Source of the DNA: an uncultured Trueperaceae bacterium
Lineage (GTDB): Bacteria; Deinococcota; Deinococci; Deinococcales; Trueperaceae
NCBI GenBank assembly: GCA_963727505.1
Contig: CAVSGP010000009.1
Coordinates: 224,001 to 288,000 of the forward strand
Direction of reading: 5' to 3'
DNA length: 64,000 nt
A program made the position numbers and the translations under genes. This document shows, in pieces, positions 16,955 to 27,584 of the stretch (position 1 is the stretch's first letter; each line of letters opens with the position of its first letter). Under the pieces are notes generated by a model. That model saw only the letters and a list, made by a program, of their open reading frames with translations. It ran no database searches and had not been told where the DNA came from.

Positions 16955-19132
16955 ATGACGCAGACGCACGCCTTTTACGTGGTACCCACCGGCCCGGGAG
17001 TGGGGCTGACCTCGGTATGTCTCGGGTTGGTCCGCGCCCTGGACCGAGAGGGACTGCGGGTGGCCTTCTTCAAGCCCATCCGACAACCCGGGTCCGACGA
17101 GGGGCCGGAGCGCTCGACCCATTTCGTCCGCCGCACGACGACTCTGGAGCCCGCCGAGCCCATGCCTTTCCGCGAGGCGGAGGCCCGGCTGACGGCGAGC
17201 AAGCGGGCGGAGCTGTTGCAGGAGCTCGTCGGTCGCTACCAGGAGTCCGCGGGCGACGCCGACGTGGTGATCATCGAAGGACTGGTCGCGACGGCTGACC
17301 AGCCGGGGCTCGACACGCTCAACGCCGACATCGCGCAGGCCCTCGATGCCGAGGTGCTCCTGGTGGGGGCGCTGGGCCGCAGCAGTCTCGAGGAGTTCAA
17401 CGACCGCCTCGACCTGGTGGCTGGCCAGTACGGCGGCGTGCGCAGCCCCAAGGTGTTGGGAGCCATCGTCAACAAGGTGAACGCTCCGCAACAGGAAGTG
17501 GTGGCGAGCACCCGCACCGAGCTCCGGCCGCCGGCCCAGCTGCTCACGGCCGAACGCATCTTCGAGGCGTGCCCGGTGTTCCGCCACGAAGGGTTCCACC
17601 TCTACGGCACGGTGCCCTGGCACCAGTCGATGGTCTCGCCGCGCACCATGGACGTCGCGGCGCGCCTCGGCGCCCGCCCCCTCATCGAGGGGGACATCGC
17701 CCGCCGGCGTGTCGTGGACGTGTCGATGGTGGCTCGCACGGTGGCCAACATGACCCACCGGTTGCGGCCCGACGCCCTGCTGGTGACGCCGGGCGACCGG
17801 GACGACATCATCCTCGCCGCCTGCATGGCCGCCCTCAACGGCGTTCCCCTGGCGGGCCTGGTGCTCACTGGCGGGATCCGCCCCAACGAGCACATCATGA
17901 AGCTGTGCGAGAAGGCGGTGGCCACGGGGCTGCCGCTGCTCCTCGTCGACAGCGACTCCTACGTCACCGCGGCGCGTGCCGCGGCCATGAATCTCGAGGT
18001 TCCGATCGACGACCTGGAGCGCATCGAGCGCGTCATGGACACCGTCGCCAGCTTCCTCGATACCGAGCGCCTGCGTGCGCGCATCGCTACGGACCGGGAG
18101 CCGCGGCTGTCGCCGCCGGCGTTTATGTACCGCTTGGTGGAACGGGCCCGCAAGGCTTCGAAGCGCATCGTGCTGCCCGAAGGGGAGGAGCCGCGCACGG
18201 TGAAGGCAGCGGCGACCTGCGCCGAGCGGCGCATCGCGCGCTGCGTGCTCATCGGGGATCCGGCCGAGGTGCGGCGCGTGGCCGAAGCGCAGGGCGTGAA
18301 GCTGGGCGAGGGCATCGAGGTCCTGAAACCTACCGACGACGTCCGCGAACGGTACGTCGACGACATGGTCGAGCTGCGTCGCCACAAGGGTCTCACGGCG
18401 GACGGTGCGCGTGAACAGCTGCGGGACAACGTGGTGTTGGGCACCATGATGCTCGCACGGGGCGAGGTGGACGGCCTGGTCTCGGGGGCTCTGCACACCA
18501 CCGCGAATACGGTGCGGCCGGCACTCCAGCTCATCAAGACGCGCGAGGACGCGCGGCTGGTGTCGTCGATCTTCTTCATGTGCCTACCCGAGCAGGTGCT
18601 CATCTACGGCGACTGCGCCGTCAATCCCGATCCCACCGCGGAGGAGCTGGCCGACATCGCCGTGCAATCGGCGGAGTCGGCGCTGGCGTTCGGTATCGCA
18701 CCGCGCGTGGCGATGATCAGCTACTCCACCGGCACGTCGGGGGGCGGTAGCGAGGTCGAGAAGGTGCGCGAGGCGACCCGCATCGCCCGGGAGCGCCGCC
18801 CGGAGCTGGTGCTCGACGGTCCGTTGCAGTATGACGCCGCTACCGTGGAGAGCGTGGGGCGCAGCAAGGCGCCCGACAGCATGGTGGCGGGCCGCGCCAC
18901 CGTGCTCATCTTCCCGGACCTGAACACCGGCAATGCCACCTACAAGGCCGTACAGCGCAGCGCCAACGTGGTCTCGATCGGTCCCATGTTGCAGGGCCTG
19001 CGGCGCCCGGTGAACGACCTGTCGCGCGGCGCGTTGGTGGACGACATCATCTACACCGTTGCCCTCACGGCCATCCAGGCCGAGCAGACCGAGCGGTTGG
19101 AGCGCGAGGCGGTGGTGGACGGGGCGGACTGA
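16955..19132 (+). CDS. pta: Phosphate acetyltransferase (long form with BioD-like and DRTGG domains)
   Basis: GVGLTSV, TPGDRDD, RIVLPEGEEPRT, GDCAVNPDP, DGPLQYDAA, PVNDLSRG. Confidence 0.95.
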   Translation: MTQTHAFYVVPTGPGVGLTSVCLGLVRALDREGLRVAFFKPIRQPGSDEGPERSTHFVRRTTTLEPAEPMPFREAEARLTASKRAELLQELVGRYQESAGDADVVIIEGLVATADQPGLDTLNADIAQALDAEVLLVGALGRSSLEEFNDRLDLVAGQYGGVRSPKVLGAIVNKVNAPQQEVVASTRTELRPPAQLLTAERIFEACPVFRHEGFHLYGTVPWHQSMVSPRTMDVAARLGARPLIEGDIARRRVVDVSMVARTVANMTHRLRPDALLVTPGDRDDIILAACMAALNGVPLAGLVLTGGIRPNEHIMKLCEKAVATGLPLLLVDSDSYVTAARAAAMNLEVPIDDLERIERVMDTVASFLDTERLRARIATDREPRLSPPAFMYRLVERARKASKRIVLPEGEEPRTVKAAATCAERRIARCVLIGDPAEVRRVAEAQGVKLGEGIEVLKPTDDVRERYVDDMVELRRHKGLTADGAREQLRDNVVLGTMMLARGEVDGLVSGALHTTANTVRPALQLIKTREDARLVSSIFFMCLPEQVLIYGDCAVNPDPTAEELADIAVQSAESALAFGIAPRVAMISYSTGTSGGGSEVEKVREATRIARERRPELVLDGPLQYDAATVESVGRSKAPDSMVAGRATVLIFPDLNTGNATYKAVQRSANVVSIGPMLQGLRRPVNDLSRGALVDDIIYTVALTAIQAEQTERLEREAVVDGAD

Positions 19133-19206
19133 AGCTGCCCCCGTGCGCCGGCCAACGTGCCCGGAGCCTCGAGCGTGACCTCGAAGTCACCTCGCCATGA
19201 GGCCCC

Positions 19207-20244
19207 TCAGAAGCGGTCGATGATGCTGAGCCCCTGCTGGGCGAAGTCGCCCATGGCAGCCAGCTCGGCGCCGGCGTCGGTGAGTGCGATCCGCTTCCCG
19301 ATCAGACGTCCGACCTCGAGACGGCCGTGCGTCACGAAGGCGAGCAGATCCCGGTAGCGGCTGGCCGCCATGCCGTGGACGCCGGTCACCACCAGCTCGC
19401 GCTTGATGACCTCGAGCATCGGCATGGGCGGGAAGGCGTCCTCGGCCAGCAGCAGTCCGACCTGGACGTGTCGGCCCCGGCGGCGCAGGCTGCGCACCCC
19501 CTGGAAGGCCGTGGCGGGCGAGCCGACGGCATCGATCGACACGTGCGCGCCTCCGGCCGTCCACTCCCGCACGACCGACACCGGGTCGCCATCACGGGCG
19601 CTCACCAGGACGTCGGCTCCGAGCTCACGGGCCCGCGCCAAGCGCCCTTCGTCCAGATCGACGGCGATCACCCGTGCGCCGAGCGCAGCACCGATCATCA
19701 CGGCGGAGAGCCCGACGCCGCCGCAGCCGATGACCACCAGCGTCTCTCCGGCGGCGAGGTGCGCGGCGTCCACCAGCGCCGCGAACGATGTCATGAAGCG
19801 GCAGCCCAGACTGGCGGCCTCGTCGAAACCGAGGGCCTCGGGGAGGCGCACCACGTTGACGTCGGCGTGGGGAACGAACACGTACTCGGCGAAGGACCCG
19901 GGTCCGTCGAAGCCCGGCTGGTACTCGTGATGGCAGAGGTTCTGGTGGCCCGTCCGGCAGGCCTCGCAGCGACCGCACCCGCAGCAGAAGGGGGCGGTCA
20001 CGCGCTCGCCCGCGCGTACGCTCCTCACCTCGGGGCCGACCGCCACGACCTCGCCCGCGAACTCGTGGCCGGGCACGTGCGGCGGCGCGACCGAGGCGTC
20101 GTGCCCCATCCAGGCGTGCCAGTCGCTGCGGCACACGCCACTGGCATGGACGCGCACCACCGCACCGTCGGCGCCGGGCTCGGGATCGGCGTGGTCGACG
20201 ATAGGCAGGGGGCCCCGGTAGGCGTCGAACTGTGCTGCTCGCAT
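19207..20244 (-). CDS. Zinc-dependent alcohol dehydrogenase
   Basis: GVCRSDWH, GHEFAG, CGRCEAC..C, GCGGVG. Confidence 0.92.
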   Translation of the reverse strand: MRAAQFDAYRGPLPIVDHADPEPGADGAVVRVHASGVCRSDWHAWMGHDASVAPPHVPGHEFAGEVVAVGPEVRSVRAGERVTAPFCCGCGRCEACRTGHQNLCHHEYQPGFDGPGSFAEYVFVPHADVNVVRLPEALGFDEAASLGCRFMTSFAALVDAAHLAAGETLVVIGCGGVGLSAVMIGAALGARVIAVDLDEGRLARARELGADVLVSARDGDPVSVVREWTAGGAHVSIDAVGSPATAFQGVRSLRRRGRHVQVGLLLAEDAFPPMPMLEVIKRELVVTGVHGMAASRYRDLLAFVTHGRLEVGRLIGKRIALTDAGAELAAMGDFAQQGLSIIDRF

Positions 20245-20389
20245 GACGTCTCCTCGTACCGGTGCCGGGCGCGAGGTGCGGCCCCGCGCAGCCGGGATCG
20301 GCACCAGCCTACCGTGCACAGGCCTCTCGCCCGTGCCGTCGCGCGCTGCGTGGCCGTGGGGCCGACATGGGCCTGGCGCCCGACATCGG

Positions 20390-21397
20390 TCAGTCCGCCG
20401 CGGCGTCCTGCCTCCCGCCCCCTAGATCGATGGTCGTCCCCACCCCATCGCGCTCGGCGCGTTGGAGCACGTGCCAGGCTGCGGCCACGTCTTCGATGGC
20501 CAGGCCGAGCGACTTGAAGAGTGTGATCTGCTGGCGTGAGGTGCGTCCCTGCGCCTCACCGTTCACGATCTCGCCCAGCTCTACGACGGCGTGATCTGCC
20601 GCCAGGCTGCCCTCCTGGAGCGGGATGCGGTAGTCCGCCGACTCGTGGAGCAACGACTCCCTCCGATCGGCGACGATGCGGGCCCCGGCCACCGCCGCGC
20701 TGTCGAGCTCGCGAGCATCGGGCTGCGAGGCGCCGACGGCATTGACGTGCGTGCCCGGTGACAGCCACGCGCCCTCGAGGACGGGATCCCGGGACGCCGT
20801 GACGGTGCACACCACGTCGGCGCCGACGACGGCGTCGCGCGCCGAGTGGCAGGTCGTGACGTCGAGCCCGTGCGCTTCCAGCGCCCAGTCCGCGAAGGCA
20901 GCGGCGTGGGAGGTGGAGCGGCTCCACACGCGGACCCGGGTGAAGGGCCGCACCAGGGCGAGCGCTTCGAGGTGCGTCCTGGCCTGCACCCCGCTACCGA
21001 GCAGGGCGAGTGTAGCCGCCTCCGGGCGCGCCAATCGGTCCGTGGCCACCGCCGATACGGCGGCGGTGCGGATGGCGGTGATGGAGGATGCGTCGAGTAC
21101 GCCGAGCAAGCGGCCGTCGGCGGCGTCGAACATCAGAACGGCTCCCTGGTGGGAGTCGCGGCCGCGGCCGTGGTTGTCGGGGAAGATGGTGATCACCTTT
21201 GCTCCGAACGCCGGCAGCGTCGCCGACAGCGCGGGCATCAAGGCGAAAGCGTCGTGCGTGTCAGGGAGGCGTAGCACGGTACGCAGCGGGAGTTCGACCT
21301 CGCCGCGCGACAGCGACGCCAGCGTCGACGCCATGAGCGGGATGCACGCGCTCATGGGGAGCAACTGCGTGACCTGGGATTGGGTGAGGACGCGCAT
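20390..21397 (-). CDS. Ornithine cyclodeaminase / mu-crystallin family protein
   Basis: ITAIRTAAVSA, GSGVQA, HVNAVGA, FKSLGLAIED. Confidence 0.92.
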   Translation of the reverse strand: MRVLTQSQVTQLLPMSACIPLMASTLASLSRGEVELPLRTVLRLPDTHDAFALMPALSATLPAFGAKVITIFPDNHGRGRDSHQGAVLMFDAADGRLLGVLDASSITAIRTAAVSAVATDRLARPEAATLALLGSGVQARTHLEALALVRPFTRVRVWSRSTSHAAAFADWALEAHGLDVTTCHSARDAVVGADVVCTVTASRDPVLEGAWLSPGTHVNAVGASQPDARELDSAAVAGARIVADRRESLLHESADYRIPLQEGSLAADHAVVELGEIVNGEAQGRTSRQQITLFKSLGLAIEDVAAAWHVLQRAERDGVGTTIDLGGGRQDAAAD

Positions 21398-21623
21398 GGC
21401 CACCTCCGTAGCCGGTCGAACCGGTACCCGCGGGCGGGACCCGCCCGGATCTCGCCCGCGTGCGGGCACGGGCATACCCGTCCGGGCGCTTCGCGTTCCG
21501 AGGAACGGCCCCAGCCAATCACGGGCGGTCGCGGCCGGTCAAGCACCGGCGCGGTCCGATGCCTCGTGGAAGGGTCCGACCGACCGCGCCCTCGCCGGGC
21601 GCCCGCCGTATACTGTCGGCGCT

Positions 21624-23990
21624 GTGAAGGTCTCGGACGCCACCCTGCAGAAGCTCTCCTTCGACCGCGTGCGGGCGGCCCTGGCGGAGCGGGCGGCCAC
21701 CCGTCTCGGCGCCGAGCGCGCCGTGGCGGTGGCGCCCGATCTCGACGAGGGTGCGCTCGACGATGCGCTGACGCGTGTGGACGAGGTGGTGGCGGGCGGC
21801 GACCTGTCGCTCGGCGGGGTCGAGGACGTGCGGCCGCTGCTGGAGAGGGTGCGCGAGGGCGGCCTGCTCGACGGCCGCGAGATCCTCTCGGTGGCGTACA
21901 CGCTGGACGCGGCGTCCACGTTGCGCCGCGCCATCGTGAGCAGCGACCGTCCCGCGCTGGCGGCGCTTGCGGCCCGCATCGGCAGCTTCGACGGCGTGCT
22001 GCGGGTGGTGCGCGAGCAGCTCGACCCCGACGGAAACGTGCGCGACGACGCAACCCCCAAGCTGGCCGATGTGCGACGTCGCCTCAATCCCTTGCGGGGG
22101 CGCATCCGCGACCGCCTGACGCGTCTGCTCGAGACCCATGCCGCTAGCGTGCAGGAGCCGATCGTCACCTTGCGGCGCGATCGCTACGTCATCCCCATCC
22201 GGGCGAGCGCGCAGTCGAGCGTGCCCGGCATCGCGGTGGATCGGAGCGATTCCGGTGCCACCGTCTTCATCGAGCCGGCCTCGGTCGTACCCATGAACAA
22301 CGAGTTGGCGCTGTTGGAGATGGAGGAGCGGGACGAGGTCCGCCGCATCCTGCTGGTGCTGGGCCAGCGCCTGGCGACCGAACCGGCGGTGGACGAGACC
22401 CTCGAGGTCGTCGCGGAGCTCGATCTTGCCAACGCCAGCGCCCGCCTGGCCCGCGACTGGCGCCTGGCACGCCCTGACATCGACGAGTCCGGCGCCGTGG
22501 TCCTGGAGAGGGCCCGCCATCCCCTCATCGAGGGATGTGTGCCCAACGACCTCGAGCTGTCCTCCGAACACCGCTTGCTGGTCGTGACCGGGCCGAACGC
22601 CGGGGGCAAGACGGTTCTCCTCAAGACGCTCGGACTGGCAGCGGTGATGGCAGCGAGTGGGCTGTTCGTGGCGGCCGGAGTGCCTACCGACGGAACCCGC
22701 GAGGGGCGTCGTCCCTCGCCGCGGCTCCCACGCGTCGATGCGCTGCTGAGCGACATCGGGGACGAGCAGAGCATCGAGGCGAGCCTGAGCACCTACGCCG
22801 GCCACCTGCACAACCTCAAGGCCATCGTGGAGGGCGCCGACGAGCGCACGCTCGTGCTCATCGACGAGCTCGGCTCCGGCACCGATCCTGACGAGGGCGC
22901 CGCCCTCTCGCAGGCGATCCTGGAGGGCGTGCTGCAGCGGGGCGCGCGGGGCCTGGTCACGACCCACCTGGCCCCCCTCAAGGTGTTCGCGTCCGAGACC
23001 GAGGGGGTCCGCAACGCGGCGATGCGGTTCGACGTGGACGCGCTGCAACCGACCTACGAGTTGGTGGTGGGCCAGCCGGGGCGGTCGTACGCGCTGTCGA
23101 TCGCCGGGCGCCTGGGTCTGGGAGAGCCGCTGCTGGCCCGCGCATCGGAGTTGCTCGGCCCCTCGGGGGAACGGCTCGAGGCGCTGCTGGAGACCCTGGA
23201 GGGGCAGAGGGCCGAGTTGCAGCAGGAGCTCGACGAAGCGCGCGCTGCAGGCGAGCACGCACGGCGCGAGGCCGAAGTGCTACGCGGCGAGATCGATCGA
23301 CTTCGGGAACGCGAGGAGGCGCTCCTGGCGCAAGCCGCCGAGAAGGCCGACAACCTCCTGCAGGACACCCTGCAGCAGGCGGCCCGGCTCAAGCGCACCG
23401 CCACGACCGACCCAGACCAGCGCTCGCGCGCCCTGGAGGAGATCCAGCAGCTCCGGCGCGAGGCCCGCACCCGTGCCGAGCCCCGAGCGCCGAAGATGGC
23501 GCCCGAGGGATTGAGGCCTGGAGCGCAGGTGCGGGTGGCGTCGTACAACGCCGAGGGCCCGATCCTGGAGGATCGCGGCGACACCGTGCTGGTCCAGCTC
23601 GGTCTGTTGAAGGTCGAGGTGCCGCGTCGCGACGTGACGCCGGCCGCGCCGGTCAGGCCCGCTGGGGACGACGGCGCAAGGGCGGGACGGACAGTCGCGC
23701 CTGCGGGGGTGTCGGGCGGCGTGGCTGGCCCTGCGGGCGGGCACTTCGACACGGAACTGAACATCCGCGGTGAGCGCGTGGAGGCGGGACTGGAGAAGGT
23801 GCGCGACTTCGTCACCGAGGCGCACGCCATGAAGGTAGGAGCGGTGAGGATCCTGCATGGAAAGGGCACGGGCGCCCTCCGCGACGCCGTTCGGAGCTAC
23901 CTGAAGGGGGACAAGCGCGTCGAGCGCTTCGAGGACGCGGTGCCCTACGAGGGCGGCCATGGCGTCACGGTGGCGTACCTGCGCGTGTAG
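21624..23990 (+). CDS. mutS2: Endonuclease MutS2 (ATPase, coiled coil, KOW, Smr)
   Basis: TGPNAGGKT, DIGDEQSI, DELGSGTDP, C-terminal ILHGKGTGAL...GGHGVT. Confidence 0.95.
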   Translation: MKVSDATLQKLSFDRVRAALAERAATRLGAERAVAVAPDLDEGALDDALTRVDEVVAGGDLSLGGVEDVRPLLERVREGGLLDGREILSVAYTLDAASTLRRAIVSSDRPALAALAARIGSFDGVLRVVREQLDPDGNVRDDATPKLADVRRRLNPLRGRIRDRLTRLLETHAASVQEPIVTLRRDRYVIPIRASAQSSVPGIAVDRSDSGATVFIEPASVVPMNNELALLEMEERDEVRRILLVLGQRLATEPAVDETLEVVAELDLANASARLARDWRLARPDIDESGAVVLERARHPLIEGCVPNDLELSSEHRLLVVTGPNAGGKTVLLKTLGLAAVMAASGLFVAAGVPTDGTREGRRPSPRLPRVDALLSDIGDEQSIEASLSTYAGHLHNLKAIVEGADERTLVLIDELGSGTDPDEGAALSQAILEGVLQRGARGLVTTHLAPLKVFASETEGVRNAAMRFDVDALQPTYELVVGQPGRSYALSIAGRLGLGEPLLARASELLGPSGERLEALLETLEGQRAELQQELDEARAAGEHARREAEVLRGEIDRLREREEALLAQAAEKADNLLQDTLQQAARLKRTATTDPDQRSRALEEIQQLRREARTRAEPRAPKMAPEGLRPGAQVRVASYNAEGPILEDRGDTVLVQLGLLKVEVPRRDVTPAAPVRPAGDDGARAGRTVAPAGVSGGVAGPAGGHFDTELNIRGERVEAGLEKVRDFVTEAHAMKVGAVRILHGKGTGALRDAVRSYLKGDKRVERFEDAVPYEGGHGVTVAYLRV

Positions 23991-24025
23991 CGGAGCGGCG
24001 CGCGGGGCGTGCCATACTGTCGGCC

Positions 24026-24649
24026 ATGCGTCCCGTGATCGTCTTCGACCTGGACGGCACCCTGGTCGATTCCCTGCCCGACATCCTGAGCAGCTTCTTG
24101 CGCGCGTTCGAGCACGAAGGGTTACCGGCCCCGGACGAGGATGCGGCACGCAGGACGCTCGGGCAGCCGCTAGAAACCATGTACGCCGCCTTCGCCCCGG
24201 CCGGCCGGGTGGACGCCCTGTGCCGCAGCTACCGCGTCCACTACACCGAGCACCTGGCCGACCGCAGTCGGCCGTTCCCCGGCGTGCCGGAACTGCTGGC
24301 CCTCGTGCGCGAGCGTGGCTACCTGCGCACGGTGGCGAGCACCAAGCGAACCCTGACGGCTCGGCGCCTGGTGGAGGCGACGGGGCTAGGACCGCTTCTC
24401 GACCATGTCGAGGGCACCGACGCCGCGCCCTACAAGCCTGCGCCCGACGTCGTGCTCCGGTCGGTGGCGGCGGTCGGGGGGCGCGGCGTCTGGATGGTGG
24501 GGGACACGGCCGGGGACATCCTTGCGGGACGGTCCGCCGGACTGAAGACCTACGCGGTCACGTGGGGTTCGCAGGAGGCCGACGAGCTGGCCACGGCTGG
24601 GCCGGACCGCCTGGAGCCCGACCTGACGGCGCTGGCTTCGCTCCTGTGA
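24026..24649 (+). CDS. HAD-family phosphatase (phosphoglycolate phosphatase-like)
   Basis: FDLDGTLVDS, KPAP, MVGDTAGDI. Confidence 0.9.
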   Translation: MRPVIVFDLDGTLVDSLPDILSSFLRAFEHEGLPAPDEDAARRTLGQPLETMYAAFAPAGRVDALCRSYRVHYTEHLADRSRPFPGVPELLALVRERGYLRTVASTKRTLTARRLVEATGLGPLLDHVEGTDAAPYKPAPDVVLRSVAAVGGRGVWMVGDTAGDILAGRSAGLKTYAVTWGSQEADELATAGPDRLEPDLTALASLL

Positions 24650-24707
24650 GCGGGGCCGTGCGCTTCCGCTTCACACGGGCTGCGGGTGGGGCTCGGTAGC
24701 ATGTGCC

Positions 24708-25394
24708 ATGGACAATCTGGAGAAGCAATACGTCATCGATTCCCTCGCGGAGGACTCGTGGCGGATGTTCCGGATCATGGGCGAGTTCGTCCAGGGATTC
24801 GAAGAGATGGCCGACGTCGGCAAGGCCGTGACGATCTTCGGCTCGGCGCGCATGGACGAGACCACCGAGACCTACGGGAAGGCGCGCGAGCTCGCGGCCG
24901 ACCTGGCCCGTTCGGGGTACGCCATCATCACGGGCGGCGGGCCGGGCATCATGGAGGCGGGGAACCAGGGTGCCATCGAGGTCGAGGGGCGCAGCATCGG
25001 GCTCAACGTCGACCTTCCTCACGAGCAGGCGCCTAACGCATTCCAGACCGACAGCCTCAAGTTCAAGTACTTCTTCGTGCGCAAGGTCATGCTGGTGAAG
25101 TACTCGACCGCCTTCGTCGTGTTCCCGGGGGGCTTCGGCACCATCGATGAGCTGTTCGAGGCCCTCACGCTCATCCAGACGCGCAAGATCAAGCCGTTCC
25201 CCGTCTACCTCATCGGGGTGGAGTACTGGCGCGGGTTGCTGCAGTGGCTCCAGGGGACGCTGCTGCGCATCGGCACCATCGGGGAGGGCGATCTCCACCT
25301 GTTCAAGGTCGTCGACGACGTCAGCACGATCGCCGACGAGATCGACGACTACTACCGCAGCGAGCATCACGGGGGCTTCAATCTGCCCTGGTGA
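24708..25394 (+). CDS. LOG family (TIGR00730) nucleotide phosphoribohydrolase
   Basis: FGSAR, TGGGPGIMEA, FFVRKVM, PGGFGTIDE. Confidence 0.92.
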   Translation: MDNLEKQYVIDSLAEDSWRMFRIMGEFVQGFEEMADVGKAVTIFGSARMDETTETYGKARELAADLARSGYAIITGGGPGIMEAGNQGAIEVEGRSIGLNVDLPHEQAPNAFQTDSLKFKYFFVRKVMLVKYSTAFVVFPGGFGTIDELFEALTLIQTRKIKPFPVYLIGVEYWRGLLQWLQGTLLRIGTIGEGDLHLFKVVDDVSTIADEIDDYYRSEHHGGFNLPW

Positions 25395-25449
25395 CGACGC
25401 TCCGGCGCATGTGCGGCGTCAGGAATGGTGTCTGGTGGACCATCAGGAG

Positions 25450-25481
25450 ACTTGACAATAGGACGCTCAAGTTTCTATACT
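25450..25481 (+). promoter_or_regulatory. sigma70 promoter overlapped by a HAIR (HspR) operator
   Basis: TTGACA-18-TATACT; CTTGACA-N7-GCTCAAG matches CTTGAGT-N7-ACTCAAG. Confidence 0.82.
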
Positions 25482-25555
25482 TTGAGACGTAGGGGCGTGT
25501 CCGGATCGCTCCGGCGTCGTCCTGTCCGAGATCTACATTGCAAGGAGGAGACACC

Positions 25556-25993
25556 ATGGCACTGGTTCGCAATACGCGTACCCTTCCCGTGCGGCGCTAT
25601 GCGCTCGATCCCTTCGAGGAATTCGACCGGATGCTGGGCGAGTTCACGGCCCCGTTGCAGAACCGCAGCGAATGGATGGGCTACCCCATCGACCTCTACG
25701 AGACCGATAGCGACCTGGTCCTGGAGATGGCGGTGCCCGGCGTCAAGACCGAAGACCTCGACATCAGCATCGAGGGCCGGCAGTTGAGCGTCCGCGGACG
25801 CCTGCCCGAGTCCGACGAGGACAACCGCCGCTACTGGCTGCAGAGCATCCCGCGGGGTGACGTCAGCCGCACGGTGAAGCTGCCCGCGGCGGTCGAGGTG
25901 GACAAGATCCAGGCGCACGTGCTCGACGGCATGCTCACGCTGACGATGCCCAAGCTCGCTGAGGCCAAGGTCCACAAGATCGCCATCCGGTAG
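25556..25993 (+). CDS. Hsp20 / alpha-crystallin small heat shock protein
   Basis: DLYET, VPGV, GMLTLTMPK; AGGAGG RBS. Confidence 0.93.
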   Translation: MALVRNTRTLPVRRYALDPFEEFDRMLGEFTAPLQNRSEWMGYPIDLYETDSDLVLEMAVPGVKTEDLDISIEGRQLSVRGRLPESDEDNRRYWLQSIPRGDVSRTVKLPAAVEVDKIQAHVLDGMLTLTMPKLAEAKVHKIAIR

Positions 25994-26146
25994 AGGTTCG
26001 CGGGCCGATCCGCGCGCCCCATCGGCGAGTTCGACGAGGCGCCCCGGAGACACGGGGCGCCTCGTCGCGTGGGGCGGCGGCGCGGCCGAGAGCGCGTTCT
26101 TGCGGGCGCGACCTCGTGGGCGATGCCGGAGGTATGGTGTGCATCC

Positions 26147-27523
26147 ATGGCGTCGTGGCGACAGGAGTTCCGCGAGCTGACCCTGCTCGCTGCGCCGCTG
26201 GTCCTGGCGCAACTCGCGCAGAACGGCATGAGCGTGGTCGATACGCTCATGGTGGGCAGGCTGGGGCCGCGTCAGCTGGCCGGCATCGCGCTCGGCGGCG
26301 CCACCTTCACCTTCGTGTTCATCTTGTGCATGGGCGTCCTGTTCGCGGTCGGGCCGATGGTGGCGCAGGCGTATGGCGCCAGGCGCCCGGAGGAGGCCGC
26401 GCGGGCCGTGCGGCAAGGGCTCTGGATGGCGCTGGCATTGTCGGCGGTCGGCGTGGTGGTCTTCCTGCGTGCCGGGCCGCTGCTGGTCCTGGCAGGACAG
26501 GACGCCGTTACGGCCGGCACCAGCGCAGCCTACTTGCGGGCGATGGCGTGGGGCTTCCCGTTCGCGCTTGGTTTCACCTCCCTGCGCGGCTTCCTGGAGG
26601 GGCACGGGGACACCCGCCCCATCCTGGTGGTCGCCGCCATCGGGGTGGGGCTCAACGTGGTTGCCAACGACGTCCTGATGTTCGGTCGGCTGGGGTTCCC
26701 CGCGCTGGGCCTGGTCGGTACGGGTTATGCCACCTCGGTGGTGTACGCGGTGATGACCCTCGTCATCGCCGTGTACATCCGGGGACGTTACCGACCCTAC
26801 CGGGTCTTCGTGGGGATGCGGCACCCCGATCTCGCCACCATGCGGGAACTGGTGCGTGTCGGCTGGCCCATCAGCCTCACGCTCGGCTTCGAAGTCGGCC
26901 TGTTCTGGCTCACGGCCCTGCTCATGGGCCGCTTCGGTGAGGCGGCTCTCGCCGGCCACCAGATCGCGCTGCAGAGCGCTTCGACCACCTTCATGGTGCC
27001 GCTCGGGATCAGCATCGCCGCCGGGGTCCGCGTCGGGCAGGCGGCGGGCCGCGGCGAAGCGAACGGCATCGTTCGTGGCGGCCTGAGCGGCATGGCCCTG
27101 AGCGCACTGTTCATGGCGTGTGCAGCTGCGCTCTTCTGGGGCGCGCCCGACGCCGTGATCGGGCTGTACATGCCGGTGGCGGCGCCGGCCAATGCCGACG
27201 TGGTGGCCTTCGCGCGTCACTTCCTGGCGATCGCGGCGATCTTCCAGGTGTTCGACGGCGTCCAGGTCGCCGCGTCGGGAGCCTTGCGAGGCCTGAAGGA
27301 CACGCGCGTCCCCATGCTGTTGACGGCGGTCGCGTACTGGCTGGTGGGGGTGCCGGTCGGGGTGGGACTGGCGTTCGGAGCGGGTGTGGGCTCCTCGGGC
27401 CTGTGGTACGGCCTGGTCGCCGGTCTGGCCACGGCCGCTGTGTTGCTGGCGACGCGCTTCGCCCGTCTGCTGCGGCGACGTTACGGCACGACGTTGCCGG
27501 CGGGAGGCGCGGACCTGCGGTAG
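26147..27523 (+). CDS. MATE family efflux transporter (NorM-like)
   Basis: VVDTLMVGRLG, AGHQIAL, FQVFDGVQ..GALRGLKDT. Confidence 0.92.
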   Translation: MASWRQEFRELTLLAAPLVLAQLAQNGMSVVDTLMVGRLGPRQLAGIALGGATFTFVFILCMGVLFAVGPMVAQAYGARRPEEAARAVRQGLWMALALSAVGVVVFLRAGPLLVLAGQDAVTAGTSAAYLRAMAWGFPFALGFTSLRGFLEGHGDTRPILVVAAIGVGLNVVANDVLMFGRLGFPALGLVGTGYATSVVYAVMTLVIAVYIRGRYRPYRVFVGMRHPDLATMRELVRVGWPISLTLGFEVGLFWLTALLMGRFGEAALAGHQIALQSASTTFMVPLGISIAAGVRVGQAAGRGEANGIVRGGLSGMALSALFMACAAALFWGAPDAVIGLYMPVAAPANADVVAFARHFLAIAAIFQVFDGVQVAASGALRGLKDTRVPMLLTAVAYWLVGVPVGVGLAFGAGVGSSGLWYGLVAGLATAAVLLATRFARLLRRRYGTTLPAGGADLR

Positions 27524-27584
27524 AGTGAGCCTTCCACCGCGTCGGGAGCCGCTTCTCGCCGCCCCGAAGAGCGGAACTCTGAGC

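Noticed and set aside
20676..21623. Long N-terminal extension of MutS2
   Set aside because: Antisense shadow of the cyclodeaminase gene; TATACT box and GTG at 21624 mark the real start
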